Source: Octopus sinensis
Lineage: Eukaryota
DNA length: 64,000 nt
Assembly: GCF_006345805.1 (NCBI RefSeq)
Contig: NC_043011.1
Coordinates: forward strand, 38,576,464-38,640,463
Reading direction: 5' to 3'
The translations under genes were made by a program, and so were the position numbers. The notes under the pieces were generated by a model, which was not told where the DNA came from, made no database searches, and saw nothing but the letters and a program-made list of their open reading frames with translations. Each line of letters begins with the position of its first letter. The stretch's first letter is position 1. Shown piece after piece: positions 29,061 through 41,915 of the stretch.

Positions 29061-29699
29061 AGCAACTATTTAAATCTTTGCGCATATCGGCATAGAGAAA
29101 CTATGTGAATTACAGTCCAGTTCACTGCCACCATCATTTCTTACTGTATTATAATTAAGTGACCAAAAGAAAGATATTTCTGAAGAAGCTGGTCATGGAG
29201 TCTGGAATGAACTGTAGCTTACCTCACTAACTGCGAAGTATGTATAGAATTTAAAAGAAGGTTATATTCGTCTACAAAAATTAGTTGCAGTAAACAGTCT
29301 TTATTGAATACACTTGCCGTTTCTAGTGCTTGTTATGCTCACGGAATCAATGAATTATAAATCAACCAGTTGTTGTTACTGGTGTTTAGCCGTAGGATGA
29401 CGAATTGACTGAAGAATTCGAGACTGGAAGAAAGGGTCTTGCAGTATTTCATTCGGTTTTTTACTTTCTGAAATTCAAATCATTGCTTTTAATGCTTTCG
29501 GAGATCAATGTAAATAAACCAGTCAAATTCAGGAGCCAATAGAGACGAATCTTTGTTTAACCTTGTCTACATGATCAAAGGCGCTCCATCTAGCCATCCC
29601 ATATACTTTCTAACAAATATTATATCAAGAACAAAATGAACAACAAATTTTATTGTGCCTTTCTTTATTATATAAGACAATATGGCCTTGTTTGCAGTA

Positions 29700-29850
29700 G
29701 ATAGCGGTTCGGCAAAAGACCGATAGAATAAGTACTAGACTTACAAAGAATGAGTCCTGCGGTCGATTTGCTCGATCGCCTAAAGGCGGTGCTCCAGTAT
29801 GGCCACAGTCAAATGACTGAAATATGTTAAAAGAGTAAAAGAGTAAAGAG
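29700..29850 (+). mobile_element. SINE family B 3' tail
   Basis: gcggttcggcaaaagaccgatagaataagtactag...aaaagagtaaaagag. Confidence 0.85.
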
Positions 29851-30469
29851 TAATGTCTGTGTGAGTGTGTGTGTGTGTGTGTAATAACATTTGAAGAGAG
29901 GAGTTTAATTGTTTACTTTATTCGATCGACCTCGGAGTGATGAAAGGTAAAGTATACCATCGAGGGATTTGAACTCGCATTGTAATGAGACTTAATAAAT
30001 ACTCCCAAGGTATTTTCCCCGTGCAAGAAATCTATTTAAAAGCAGCTTAACTATTTAATTCCAAACACGCTTAAGTCTAAAACAAATTCTTTCAAATTCT
30101 ATTTGTGGAAATGCAAATTTTACCTGCTCTTCCGAAGACGATGTGCACAACCAGTTCTGTCTCCCTCTCTGTCTATGTTCCTTAAGGGAATATTACTGAG
30201 CCTTATTTTTTTTGTCACTTTTTATGCCTTTTTTTCTTTCTTTTAACATCGAAAATAAAATTGATATCTTCAGTAGACAAATGTTATCAACATTAATCCC
30301 CAAAGAGGGACATTTAATTGCTCTACAAGATAAATGTAAATTAATCATCCGATAAGATTAATTTTCAATAAATTATGGAAGAAATAAATAGCATAGCTTA
30401 AGAAACAAATAGTTTAGAAGTTCCCATTTTGCTTTTTGCATTTTACGTCTTTTAGTCATTAAAGCGAGG

Positions 30470-30660
30470 CAATACCGGGGTGCTGCCTTGAAGAATTCTG
30501 CTGGAACGAATGGACTCCAGTAAATATTAGACCTTGTACTTGTTCTATAGGCCTATTTTAACGAACCGCTATGTTATGAGGAGTGAACACATCAACACCA
30601 TCTGTGAAATGATGGTGGGAGACAAACACGCAAGCATTGCGTGCAATACACGCACACATG

Positions 30661-30696
<36 letters not shown>

Positions 30697-30935
30697 GTGT
30701 GTGTGTGTGTGTGTGTGGTGTGTGTATGTGTGTGTACATCTGTGTGTGTGTACGTGTGTATGTGTATACAACAGGCTTCTTTCAGTTTCCGTCTACCAAA
30801 TCCACTCCTAAGGCTTTGGCCGGGCCCGAGGCTATGGCAGAAGTCACTTGCCGAAGGTGCCACGCAGTGGGACTGAACCCGGAAATATGCGATTGGGAAG
30901 CTAACCCCTTAGTAGTCAGCCACGCCTGCGCCTAA
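30470..30935 (-). mobile_element. SINE family B
   Basis: ggcttctttcagtttccgtctaccaaatccact...gggactgaacccgg. Confidence 0.85.
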
Positions 30936-30961
30936 TTAACAAGCAATGCTAGAACACATTC

Positions 30962-31172
30962 TTTTCTACACTAGGCACAAGGCCCGAAATTTTTGGGAAG
31001 GTTGGGGCCAGTCGATTAGATCGACTCCAGTACACAACTGGTACATAATTTATCGACCTCGGAACGATGAAAGGCAATGTCGACCTCGGCGGAATTTGAA
31101 CTCAGAACGCAAAGACAGACGAAATACAGCTAAGCATTTTGCCCAGCGTGCTAAGGTTTCTGCCAGCTCGCC
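30962..31172 (-). mobile_element. SINE family A
   Basis: gtcgacctcggcggaatttgaactcagaacg...ctgccagctcgcc. Confidence 0.9.
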
Positions 31173-32699
31173 ACATTACTATAATCATTCTAGATATGCA
31201 ACTACATGCATAAGAATACATACAAAAACATACAAATCTGCACATATATGCATACATACATACATACATACATACATACATACCCTGTTGTTGATGTTGA
31301 AATTCCAACGAAGGAAACTTGGCTCTAGGTTAGAAACCGTTCCTTTCTCTATTGGCAAGAACTCTCGAAATAAACTGAATAATGAGAAACGTAAATACAT
31401 ACATGCATACACAAAAACACCAAGTTTCTGAATAATTTGATGATAGTAAACTAAAAATAAAAGTATATTGTATAACGCACTTATATTTATCCGTGATTCC
31501 GCTATGGATATTATCCGCTGTTGACATCTAATGTAGATTGATTGACATTGCTAACGTAACAGGGTTTTTGCACTGCACATCTTTTTCTCTCGTTCGCCAT
31601 TGTGAAGGAGTAAGTTGGCAACTGTTCGACTCACAACGGTGTAGTACATTTCAAGGTATAAATATTTCTAACGCAATTCTCGGTTCTCAATTCTATGACA
31701 GCAGCGTAGAGACATCACTGTTCCTATAACTTTACTTTGAATGCATCAGGTTACATTAATGTTATGAGACCGGACAATCAATAAATTAAGCGTCTTCAGT
31801 ACAGGAGACCTGCAGCATTCATTTATTGCATTGAATCCAACTTGGTTGGTTATTACCTCATTTCCAATGCAAAAACCGCCAGAATATACAGCCATGTCCA
31901 AAATTTACGAACGGCTTCGAGGCAATGGCTGTGAGGGCTACATCTACATGGCTGTTTCATTTGCAAAGTGTAGTGCCCATAACTCCATTAAATCGCAATA
32001 CGATGTTGTAAAATACGAGTGACATGTGTGAAGAGGAATTTCCACGTAGACATTACCTGAAACAAAGTCAATTTGTTTATTCACCATATAAGGTTAAGAA
32101 AAAGAGGCGACGATACGAGGATAGACAAAACAAATATTGGGGTCAGGGGATCGAATGGGACGAAACGTATGAATAACCAATTTTAAATACATCCAATAAA
32201 ATGCGAATGAATGTATAAACACAAAATGAAGCGGAGGACGCGGTCGACCCCATAAACCACATTCTCACACTGAAAACTGTTTTTTTTTTTTCCTTTTTTT
32301 TGTTCTTGTTTAGACAGGTTCTTTCACTCGCAACACACCTGCTAGACACATGAAACAAAAGTCGTAGTGAATTACATGCAGCCGTGTGAATTACATGCAG
32401 CTGCTATTGTGTAGTGTTAGTTATAGATATTGAGGGGGCGGCAATGACTGGCCCGCCGTTGAGCATAGATTTCTTAACTAAGAATGACCTGTGATCACTT
32501 AACAATACTAATAACAATAATAAGTGGAAAAACCATAGCAGGCATATAAATATAGATGTGTGTCTGTGTGTCTGCGCGTGTGTTTGTATACATACACATA
32601 TATACGCAGTATATGTGAATATTTTAGCAGATCTCTTCTCAACCACAAAGTTCCGGGTTCAATTTCACAGCGTAACAGGCTTTTAGGCCACATTACTCA

Positions 32700-32925
32700 G
32701 TGAGGCGTATAGACCCGGTTTCCCGATTTCTCTGGCCTATATACTATTCCATGGACGGGTCTCCGGCCCGTCACGGAATTACTCATTTTCACGAGCTGAG
32801 GGGACTGCAGCAAAGGGAAATGAAACATTTTACTCAAGGACCTAACATTTCGCCTAATCCGGGAATCGAAACATAATCTTACGACCATGAGTCTAACACC
32901 CTAAACACTAAGCGATGCGCCTACG
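32700..32925 (-). mobile_element. SINE family C, diverged
   Basis: Collinear with 24728-24972. Confidence 0.7.
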
Positions 32926-33420
32926 TGTATGTGTGTGTCTGTCTGTATGTATATTTGAGGTCACGAACTTTCTTCCCTCACACAGAAACAAATAGAAGCA
33001 TTCTTACAGCGAAAACCCTTTTATAAACCTATCCCCATCAAAATGGAAATAGAAAGTTAAAGAAGACAAAAGCATAAAACGATACCGGCATACCTTCCTA
33101 AAGATGGTTAATATTTCGCCAATAAAGGAATTGAAACGACAATCTTACGGCCATGAATCCAAGACTTTAATCCCTGCGCCTACACGTATGTATTTGTATG
33201 CATGTACGTATGTATGTACGTATGTATGTATGTATGTATCTATGTATGTATGCATGTATGTACCTATGTATGTATATTTGAGGTCACGTGCTTTCTTCTC
33301 CTTCACGATAACAAATAGAAGCATCATAACAGAACACCCTTTTATAAATTTATTCCCATCAAAATGGAAATAGTTAATGAAGACAAAAGGATAAAACGGT
33401 GCCAGCATGCTTTCCTAAAA
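32870..33420. repeat. Old tandem duplication, unit ~320 bp
   Basis: atatttgaggtcacg...aaatagaagca...cccatcaaaatggaaatag...ttcctaaa at ~32950 and ~33273. Confidence 0.8.
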
Positions 33421-33756
33421 AGAAAAAAAAGGGTTAATGTTTCATTATACTAGAATTCGCTGCGCTCGTAGCAAGACACGTACGAGGTTTCCAGTTATCC
33501 GGTACAGTTACGCGTAAATACGTACTTGCTCTTTACCTATGTAGTTCAACGCTATAAGAAGCTGACCATAAATGATAAGTGTTTTGTAACCTTGCAGCGG
33601 TGAGAGCAAATCTTTCAGTGGAAAGTTAGAGAACGTAACGAAAAGCTTTACCACAAATTTATCATCAATTGAATTACAGAAAGAAGGTAAAACTTTTATT
33701 AGGTTTCTGAGAAATAACATCTATTGCATACGTATAATGAGAAAGCAATATAGACA

Positions 33757-33757
33757 C

Positions 33758-33830
<73 letters not shown>

Positions 33831-33841
33831 ATATGTACATA

Positions 33842-33909
<68 letters not shown>

Positions 33910-34565
33910 GTATGTATGTATATATGTATGTAACACGGCAAAAATATCGAACTGATCTGTAGGAATGGTTGTTTGCATCGGTGCATTAAATGCCTGATTC
34001 CATCTCCATAAAACTGCAGAGGATGATATTAGAAGTAATATGCGACCATAAACCTTCAGAATCTGAAACGAAATTTTATTTTGATGCACGAAATTGTTAT
34101 CACTTCCGTAATTGTACCCAAAACCCTGCATATATTTTGTAGTTGCATAAAAGTAAGGATTTCTGGTGGGGTTTTTTTCTTTTTTTTTTCCTTTTTTTTG
34201 TTATTCCCCCCCCCTCCCAGAAACGTAAACATGTGAAAAAAAACCGACCAGCTCCAAGAAAAATAAAACCGTTCACATAATTACAAACGATGACGGCGAC
34301 GACGAAGATGATAATGGACAATATGCTGATACTGATCATGATGGAAGCGACGACGACAACGGTGGTGGCGGTAGTGGTGGAGTGGTGGTGGTGGATGTGG
34401 TGGTGGTGGTGGTGGTGGTGGCGATGTTTGATATGAGCAGCAATGCAAATGTTTCTGATGAAAGAAGAACATTCCCACAGAGAAAGAACATAGCGAAACA
34501 AAATGACTTTCGATTCTATGGATATATCATCGTTCCTTATGCATATTTATATGCATATAGGTATG

Positions 34566-34607
<42 letters not shown>

Positions 34608-34707
34608 ATATATATATTATATATATTATATATATTATATACTTATATATATATTATATATATATATATTATATATATGTATATATATTATATATATATA
34701 TATTATA

Positions 34708-34750
<43 letters not shown>

Positions 34751-35045
34751 CAATATATATTATATATATATATATATTTAATATATATATATTTTATATA
34801 TATATATATATATTATGTATGTATGTATGTGTATATATATATATACACATACATACATATATATATGTATATATTATATATATATTATATATATTATGAT
34901 ATAATTATATTATATTATATATATATATTATATATTATATATATATAATATATATATATTATATATATATATATATTATATATTATTATATATATATATA
35001 TTAATATATATATATATTTTATATATATATATATACATATATATA
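33757..35045. repeat. Two large (AT)n-type arrays (33757-33930 and 34565-35045) with a (GGT)n tract between
   Basis: Direct reading. Confidence 0.9.
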
Positions 35046-35275
35046 GGAGAGCCGCAATGTTACAGTGGTTAGAGCAGCGGAGTCGCGGTAGTAGGATCGC
35101 GGTTTCGATTCCCAGACCTGGCGTTGAGAGTGTTTGTTGAGCGAAAACACCTAAAAGTTCCACGATGCTCCAGCAGCGGGTGTTGGCGATCCCTGCTGTA
35201 CTCTTTCGCCACAAGTTTCTCTCACTCTTCTGTTGGCCTGCTCACAACATATGATTCCCTGCTTGGTCACGTGAT
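35046..35275 (+). mobile_element. tRNA-derived SINE, family D
   Basis: cagtggttagagcagcggagtcgcggtagtaggatcgcggtttcgattcccagacc...gatccctgctgtactctttc. Confidence 0.85.
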
Positions 35276-35334
35276 ATATATATATATATATAGTATGTAT
35301 GTACGTGTGCCCATATACAAGTGTGCTACTGGTT

Positions 35335-35610
35335 AGGCATAATGCACTCATAGCCGTTAGATCCTGGTTTCGATTCTGATTTCGGTTGCGCCTTGTATCA
35401 TTGAGCGAAACACCTCCTTTGACATTGTCCCAGATCTGTCAGCTGTAAATGGGTAACCCTGCGACAGACTAGCCTTCCGATGAGGTGGAATGCAGGCCTG
35501 ATTGACTAACGAGGTGTGTGGCATCATTCGAAAGCTAAAACGATGCGAAGCGCATTGTGACCACCAATGTATAACAACATACGACAGTCTGGTCGATACT
35601 ATGATACCGT
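35335..35610 (+). mobile_element. SINE (family C-like head, family D-like tail), diverged
   Basis: ggtttcgattc...cagctgtaaatgggtaacc...gcgaagcgcattgtgacc. Confidence 0.6.
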
Positions 35611-36746
35611 GATATATATATATATACGTATGTCTATATACGGGTGAACACACACACATATATATAAATACATGTATGCATATATACCCATATATACACA
35701 TATATACATATTTCACCGTCAATATACCCCTCATTATTAACAAAGAATGAAATAAAATAAATAAGAAAGCATAAAAAATCTATCCGAGAAATGATTTCTG
35801 TAATTCAATATAAAAATAACGAGTTTTCAAAATGTAGTCCTCAAGCACAAAATCATTGATGGTTTTGGATATAAAATGCATAATTGAAGTCCTTCCATGG
35901 CAAGAGAATTCGTATTTAAATAAAGATTGCCTGTTATTTCGTAGAAAAATTCTTCTATTTTGTTTGCAACGAATCATAAGCTTAGATCTTCATTTGCTCA
36001 TCGAACATTATTAGAAGAAAATGCTTTCCATCTTGGGAATATTGTTAAAGTGTTTTGAAGAAAAGTTTGTTTATAAGTTAAAATGTTGGCTTTGGGAATA
36101 TTGGTAATTGCTTCAAATATAGAATATATTAAATGAGAGATATTGCCACCTTCCATTTCGACATGATGTTTAGATTTTAACGGTGATGAATAACGAATAC
36201 ACCACTTTTCCATTTTTTGGTTTTGCTGAAACACAAACGTAGATCTTCATTTCTTTATCGAATGTTCATAAGAAGAAAGCCCTTTCTATCTTCTGAATAT
36301 TTTGTTGGCAGCAAATATGACTTGAAAATTCGAAGTTTATTGTCGGTAATAGCTTCAAATGTGGGATAGACTGAATAAAAAATATGGCCACCTTCGATCT
36401 TGATATGAGTGCTGTGTGTTTTAAGTTGACGCATATGGAGCAAATGGGCCTGTTAGTGAACAGTTCAGTTTTTGCTTGACTAATCTCATCTGCTTCTCTA
36501 TATTTCTAGATTTAAGATGTGATGTACGCAAACACATACCACAACGGTACACGCGCAAACAATTCACGAAGCCATTTGCTTATACTCATACAGATGTGTT
36601 GATATTCACTACATTGAAATCCAAAAAACTTTTAATTGCCTTATATGTACGTACAATCTCGGTTAAGAACAGTTTACCTTTGCCTACAAGACTAATTAGT
36701 ATTAAGAGGTGATTCGTATCACTTCTAATAGTGCTGAAATGATAAT

Positions 36747-36806
<60 letters not shown>

Positions 36807-36825
36807 CACAGACAGGCAGACAGAC

Positions 36826-36880
<55 letters not shown>

Positions 36881-36893
36881 CAGATAGATAGAT
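36747..36893. repeat. (GATA)n array
   Basis: Direct reading. Confidence 0.97.
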
Positions 36894-38049
36894 ATTATAC
36901 GCTTTCGGCGCAGATGGATATTATATGCTTTGTGTGTCGGATCAGATCAAACTCTTCGGCACCTTACTCACCCATCGTAGCGTCAGTTCAACCAAAGCGC
37001 TGTGCTTGGTATTTTGCATACAGCAACTGTTCGGAAGATTGCCATCGGAGAGAGAAATTTTCCTATTTGTGGAGTGGTAGACCTAACCTATTGCTCTATT
37101 TATATCCATTAGAGAAGGGGACTTCAGAGCAAAACCGGTTTATCATTTGTGAAATCAGTTCACCGTACTAATATTAATTTTGATATTTCTCAAACCATTC
37201 AATGTTAGGTGATAAAAAAAAAAAACTTACATCAGATAGAAAATTCCCTATTTAGGGAGATGAGATAGGGTCAGCTGCTTAGTTTGAATTCTTGTGCTCT
37301 GTGAAAAGAGTAATGGATTCGATCGTAACTTTATTGCTACAGGGCTAAATTGCCGATTAAATATTATCCACCTGAAGTAGAAACCGGTTGTGGGTGATTA
37401 AAAAATATGAATGTGTCAGTTATAACAGCCAAAACTGAACGTGAATGTCTTTCCCAAAAGAATTTTCATTGTGTTCAAAATAATATTTTAAAGAAGGTCT
37501 AAAGGTTAGAACAGATTTTTCCTCTTGCCATCGCAGTTGAATGAGTTTATGGACAATGCAATGGATATATTTATAACCAAAATAGATTGCTCAGCATATT
37601 ATAGTTGTAACCGCTGTATGTGAAACGTTTTGGCAGCTATCGCATCTTTATTTATCAAAACACAAAAAGAAAGAAAATAAAGAATAGATACCTTGTAACT
37701 TTGGCAACAATGTAGATGACTGGTGGAACAATATAAGATCAGATAGATAATAAATATAAGAAAGTTTCTGAGAAAATAGACACATTTTGAAGCAGAATAG
37801 CATGAAATTAGTTCACTGCTGAAAAATACAGTAAACAACGTTGTTTTCGTACTTTGGGGTTGAGATTATCAAAGCACTACAAGATATAGTAGCATATATA
37901 AGAAATATGCGGAACGCTGGAATTGAGACGACAATCAACATTAATTTCCACATAATTTAGAGAAAACCAGTAGTGTTTCATAAGCAACAAAAATAACTTG
38001 CAGATTAATTTAGAACTTGCCATAAAGTAAATTCGTATAAAAGAAATGT

Positions 38050-38264
38050 GTAGGTGCAGGCGGGGCTGTGTGGTAAGAAGGTTTTTTTTTACCCCAACTA
38101 CATGGTACCGGATTCAGTTCTACTGCTTAGTATCTTGGGCAAGTGTTTTATAATTTAGCGTAAAGTCAACTAAAGCCTTGTGAGTGAATTCGGTAGCCGG
38201 AAACAGAAAGAAGCCCGTTACGTATGTGTGGGTGTACGTGCGCATGTGTGTGTGTGCGTTTGTG

Positions 38265-38295
<31 letters not shown>

Positions 38296-38495
38296 TTGTC
38301 CCTCGGTACCACTTCACAACCGATGTTGGTTTGTTTACGTCCCCGTAACTTAGCGGTGTTCGGCAACTGACATCCGATAGAATAAGTAACGGGCATTGAT
38401 AAAATAAGTACTGGTGTTGATTTATTCGACTAAAAATTCTTCAAGTCGGTGCCCCAACATGGTCGCAGTCTAATGACTGAAGGAAGTATATGATA
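38050..38495 (+). mobile_element. SINE family B
   Basis: Collinear with 41498-41915. Confidence 0.88.
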
Positions 38496-38705
38496 AATGA
38501 TAACAGTCGACTACATCCCATAAATAACAGCCAACTATGTCAGTAAATAATGCAGAAAACGTGCAGTGGATGTAAAATAATTAGTTTTGAAAAACTAAGT
38601 TAACCAATTATCCATTTCCTAACACGCAATTTTAAACTGTTTTCCTATTACAACCAAACAGTTGTAAAATTGCTATCCACTTAATGTCGAGTAATTATAA
38701 AATGT

Positions 38706-39012
38706 GGAGGCGCAATGGCCCAGTGGTTAGGGCAGAGGACTCGCGGTCGTAGGATCGCGGTTTCGATTCCCAGACCGGGCGTTGCGAGTGTTTATTGAGC
38801 GAAAACACCTGAAGCTCCACTAGGCCCCGGTAGGGGTGTGGTGGCGATCCCTGCTGTACTCTTTCGCCGCAACATTCTCTCACTCTTTCTTCTGTTGGCC
38901 AGCTCGCTTAGCCAGCTAGGTGGCGTCATTTGAAGGTTAAAACAATGCGAAGCGCATTGTGACCAGTGATGTGTAGAAACAGCTGATAGCCTGGTCGGTC
39001 ACGTGATCACGT
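38706..39012 (+). mobile_element. SINE family D
   Basis: ggaggcgcaatggcccagtggttagggcagaggactcgcggtc...gcgaagcgcattgtgacc. Confidence 0.9.
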
Positions 39013-39109
39013 GAATTATAAAATAGCTCTCTCCGATGTGCACTACGATTCTTTACAGTTATATTAAACAGTTTTACAGCGCAGTTCTATATTTAAGTGA
39101 TGAGGAATT

Positions 39110-39288
39110 ATGTACATTATTTACATTATTTACATTTGACGGATATTTGTCTTCATTTTGTTTGTTGTTAACACAACGTTTCGGCTCATATAGACTCCAG
39201 CCTTCATTGGGTGTCTTGGAGAAAATTTGAACTTGGGTTCTCATTCCTAAGGTATTTTTCAATGTTATTATTATTATTACTATTATTA

Positions 39289-39320
<32 letters not shown>

Positions 39321-39400
39321 TATTATTATTATCCAGGTCACTGCATATAACAAACAAGACGAGGACAAATATCCGTCGAATGTAAATAACGTTAATAATG
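39110..39400. mobile_element. Inverted-repeat-bounded mini-element with hammerhead-like motif (39170-39215, minus)
   Basis: tttacatttgacggatatttgtcttcattttgtttgttgt versus acaaacaagacgaggacaaatatccgtcgaatgtaaa. Confidence 0.6.
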
Positions 39401-39594
39401 TAAATAAGTTTTACAACTGTCGTACAAACCCAACTAAACTGTTGTACGACTGAATAAAGCAGTTTTATAACAGCTTGCATACTTATTTGTGACTCATTTA
39501 ATATAAAACAGCTTTAAAACACTTATTCACTTTGAAGCAAACTTTTCTTTACAACTGGATAAAACAGTTTTAAAAACTGTTATGTATTGCAGAC

Positions 39595-39720
39595 CGTGGC
39601 TGTGTGGTAATAAAGCTTGCTTCCCAACCACATCGTTCTGGGTTAGGTCCCACTGCGTAACACCTTGGGCAAGTGTCTTCTATGGCCGCAGTCTAACTAC
39701 TGAAACAAGTAAAAGATAGA
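39595..39720 (+). mobile_element. SINE family B, internally deleted
   Basis: gtggctgtgtggtaataaagcttg...caccttgggcaagtgtcttct joined directly to tail ggccgcagtctaactactgaaacaagtaaaag. Confidence 0.8.
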
Positions 39721-39811
39721 AAAGAAGCTGTTACTCGCTTTATAAGAAACAATTAGAAAACAAGATCACCCAGAGAGCGCAAACCTTCGCCAAGGCAACA
39801 CCAACGTCCTT

Positions 39812-41030
39812 AATTCTTAATTTAAGCACAAGGCCGCAGTAGAGAAGGGACAACACAAAAACTGACAAAACAATACACTGGGGTTCATAGAAACACATAT
39901 TTAATGAATTATGGATATAAGGAAAATGAAAATGTAATGGATTACCTACCCCTCCCCATAAGCAGATAGGTCAATTTTACTGTTTTCAAATGAACAGTTC
40001 ATATCGGTCTTGTATCTCTTGGTTTATAACATATACTCTATGTTATACTGTCGAAGGACACCACCGGCGGCAACACGTCGTAACAAACATGTATCTCTGT
40101 CATCTCCATTCATTCACCAAACAACTCCTTCAATGTCTCTCCTCTTTCCTCCTCCAACAAAACAGCGCCAAAACCCTCGTTATACTCCTTGTCCACCAAT
40201 TTCACCCAGACAACGCACCTCATCCTGGCAATTCTCATCTCCATCTCTGCACTCCCTAGACACTGCTCCATTGCTCTCATGCTCCCCCCCTTTGGTGTCA
40301 CTCTCCCTCTCTCCTTACCAATCCCCTCCTCTTCCGCTGGCACTTCCACCCGTGTCTGTCTCATATATTCCGTGTTGCTATCATCTTTCTTTCATTTTCC
40401 CCTCTCCTCTGCACTCCTTCCTCCCCGCTAGCTGATGGTCTCCGCCTTCGTTCCACACTTACTTTTGTTGTCCTTTCATTTTTTCTCCTCTCATTTGCAC
40501 TCCTTGTCTTTCACTCTGCTCCTCCTCTCCACCCGCTTTTCCTTTCCTCCTTGGACCCTTTGGTGGTGAGTCACTGCTCTTCCTTCCTTTTACCACTGCA
40601 TATTGCTCTTCCATTCTCTCCCCCACCGCGGATGCACCATCCTCTTCCTCCTCCTCCTCCTGACACTCCCTCCCTGTCTCCTCTTCGTGTTTCTGGGGAC
40701 ACTTAGCTTTCATGTGTCCTCGCTCCACCAACATTCCCAACCCTGCTTCGTCCGGCAGCATCAGCTCTTCCGCAATCCTGTGGAGGTCAGGCAAGCCTAT
40801 ATGGAGCAACACCTCCAGTCCACACCCCAAGCAGCTCATCTCCGCAGCCCGTCATACTTTCAACATCTCGGCGTCCTTCTCTGTGTTGAAGAGGATGACT
40901 TCCACCTGCCACGCCTCTCCAATTTCTGGCGGCGCTCCACCCATTCTCACTCCAGCTGCACGTCGTCACGTTCCTAATTTCTCTCAGGCACTCCTCGACC
41001 GCCTCCACCGCCACCACTTCCATTCCTTTA
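39812..41030 (-). mobile_element. Non-LTR element remnant with gag-like ORF1 (L1/Tx1-like), disrupted
   Basis: GC/purine-rich; RVRNGGAPPEIGEAWQVEVILF...GLEVLLHIGLPDLHRIAEELMLPDEAGLGMLVE-RGHMKAKCP (HX4C half of a zinc knuckle), then a charged low-complexity tail. Confidence 0.6.
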
Positions 41031-41147
41031 GTTGAGTACTGGAGTCGATATAATCAACATTCATCTCCCTTGAAATTGCTGGCTTCGCACCAAAATTTGA
41101 AACCAATATATATATATATATGTGGTGTGTGTGTGTATATATATTGT

Positions 41148-41295
41148 CAGCGGGTAGCTTAGCTTAATGGTAAAACACTCACCCGGAGTCTATGAGGGAT
41201 ATGGCTTCAAGTCCCATGGCTGGTTGTTGATAAATTTTTATTAAGACGGTGCTCCAGCATGGCCGGAGTCAAATGACCGAAACAAGTAAAAGAGT
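41148..41295 (+). mobile_element. Degenerate tRNA-like head fused to SINE B tail
   Basis: agcttagcttaatggtaaaacact...ggcttcaagtcccatgg, then ggtgctccagcatggcc...gaaacaagtaaaagag. Confidence 0.5.
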
Positions 41296-41497
41296 ATATA
41301 ATATAGATATATATTTCGATTAGGATTAGTAGATAATTTTATAATAGAAGGCTACAAATATTTATTCAAGTATAGCTTCTAGATAAATGAGCGTTTGATT
41401 TGATAGGATTTCAAACTTAACTGCAGAAGAATAGTCTAAATACCATAAGAATTATCAGTCCCGGGTTTCGGCATCCGGTGGCTTGACTATGTTTTTC

Positions 41498-41915
41498 ATA
41501 GGCGTAGGAGTAGCTGTGTGGTAAGTAGCTTGCTTACGAACCACATGGTTCCGGGTCCAGTCCCACTGCGTGGCACTTTGGGCAAGTGTCTTCTACTATA
41601 GCTTCGGGCTGATCAAAGCCTTGTGAGTGGATTTGGTAGACGGAAACTGTAAAAGCCCGTCGTATATATGTTTATATATGTGTGTGTATGTGTGTGTATA
41701 TGCTTGTGTGTCTGTATTTGTCTCCCTACAATCGCTTGACATCTGCTGTTGGTGTGTTTACGTCACCGTAACTTAGCGGTTCGGCAAAAGAAACCGATAG
41801 AATAAGTACTAGGCTTACAAGGAATAAGTCCTGGGATCGATTTGCTCGACTTAAATGGTGTGCTTCGGCGTGGCCGTAGTCAAACGACTGAAACAATTAA
41901 AAGAGAGTAAAGAGA
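41498..41915 (+). mobile_element. SINE family B, full length
   Basis: taggcgtaggagtagctgtgtggtaag...ttgggcaagtgtcttctactatagc...(TG)n...aaaagagagtaaagag. Confidence 0.93.

Noticed and set aside
36973-37027. Minus-strand exon candidate ending at a GTGAGT donor (CCMQNTKHSALVELTLRW)
   Set aside because: Moderate acceptor only, opposite strand to the better candidates, and no independent support
38995-39015. Tandem CACGTG E-boxes
   Set aside because: Part of the family D SINE tail (also at ~35268), so not evidence of a specific regulatory site
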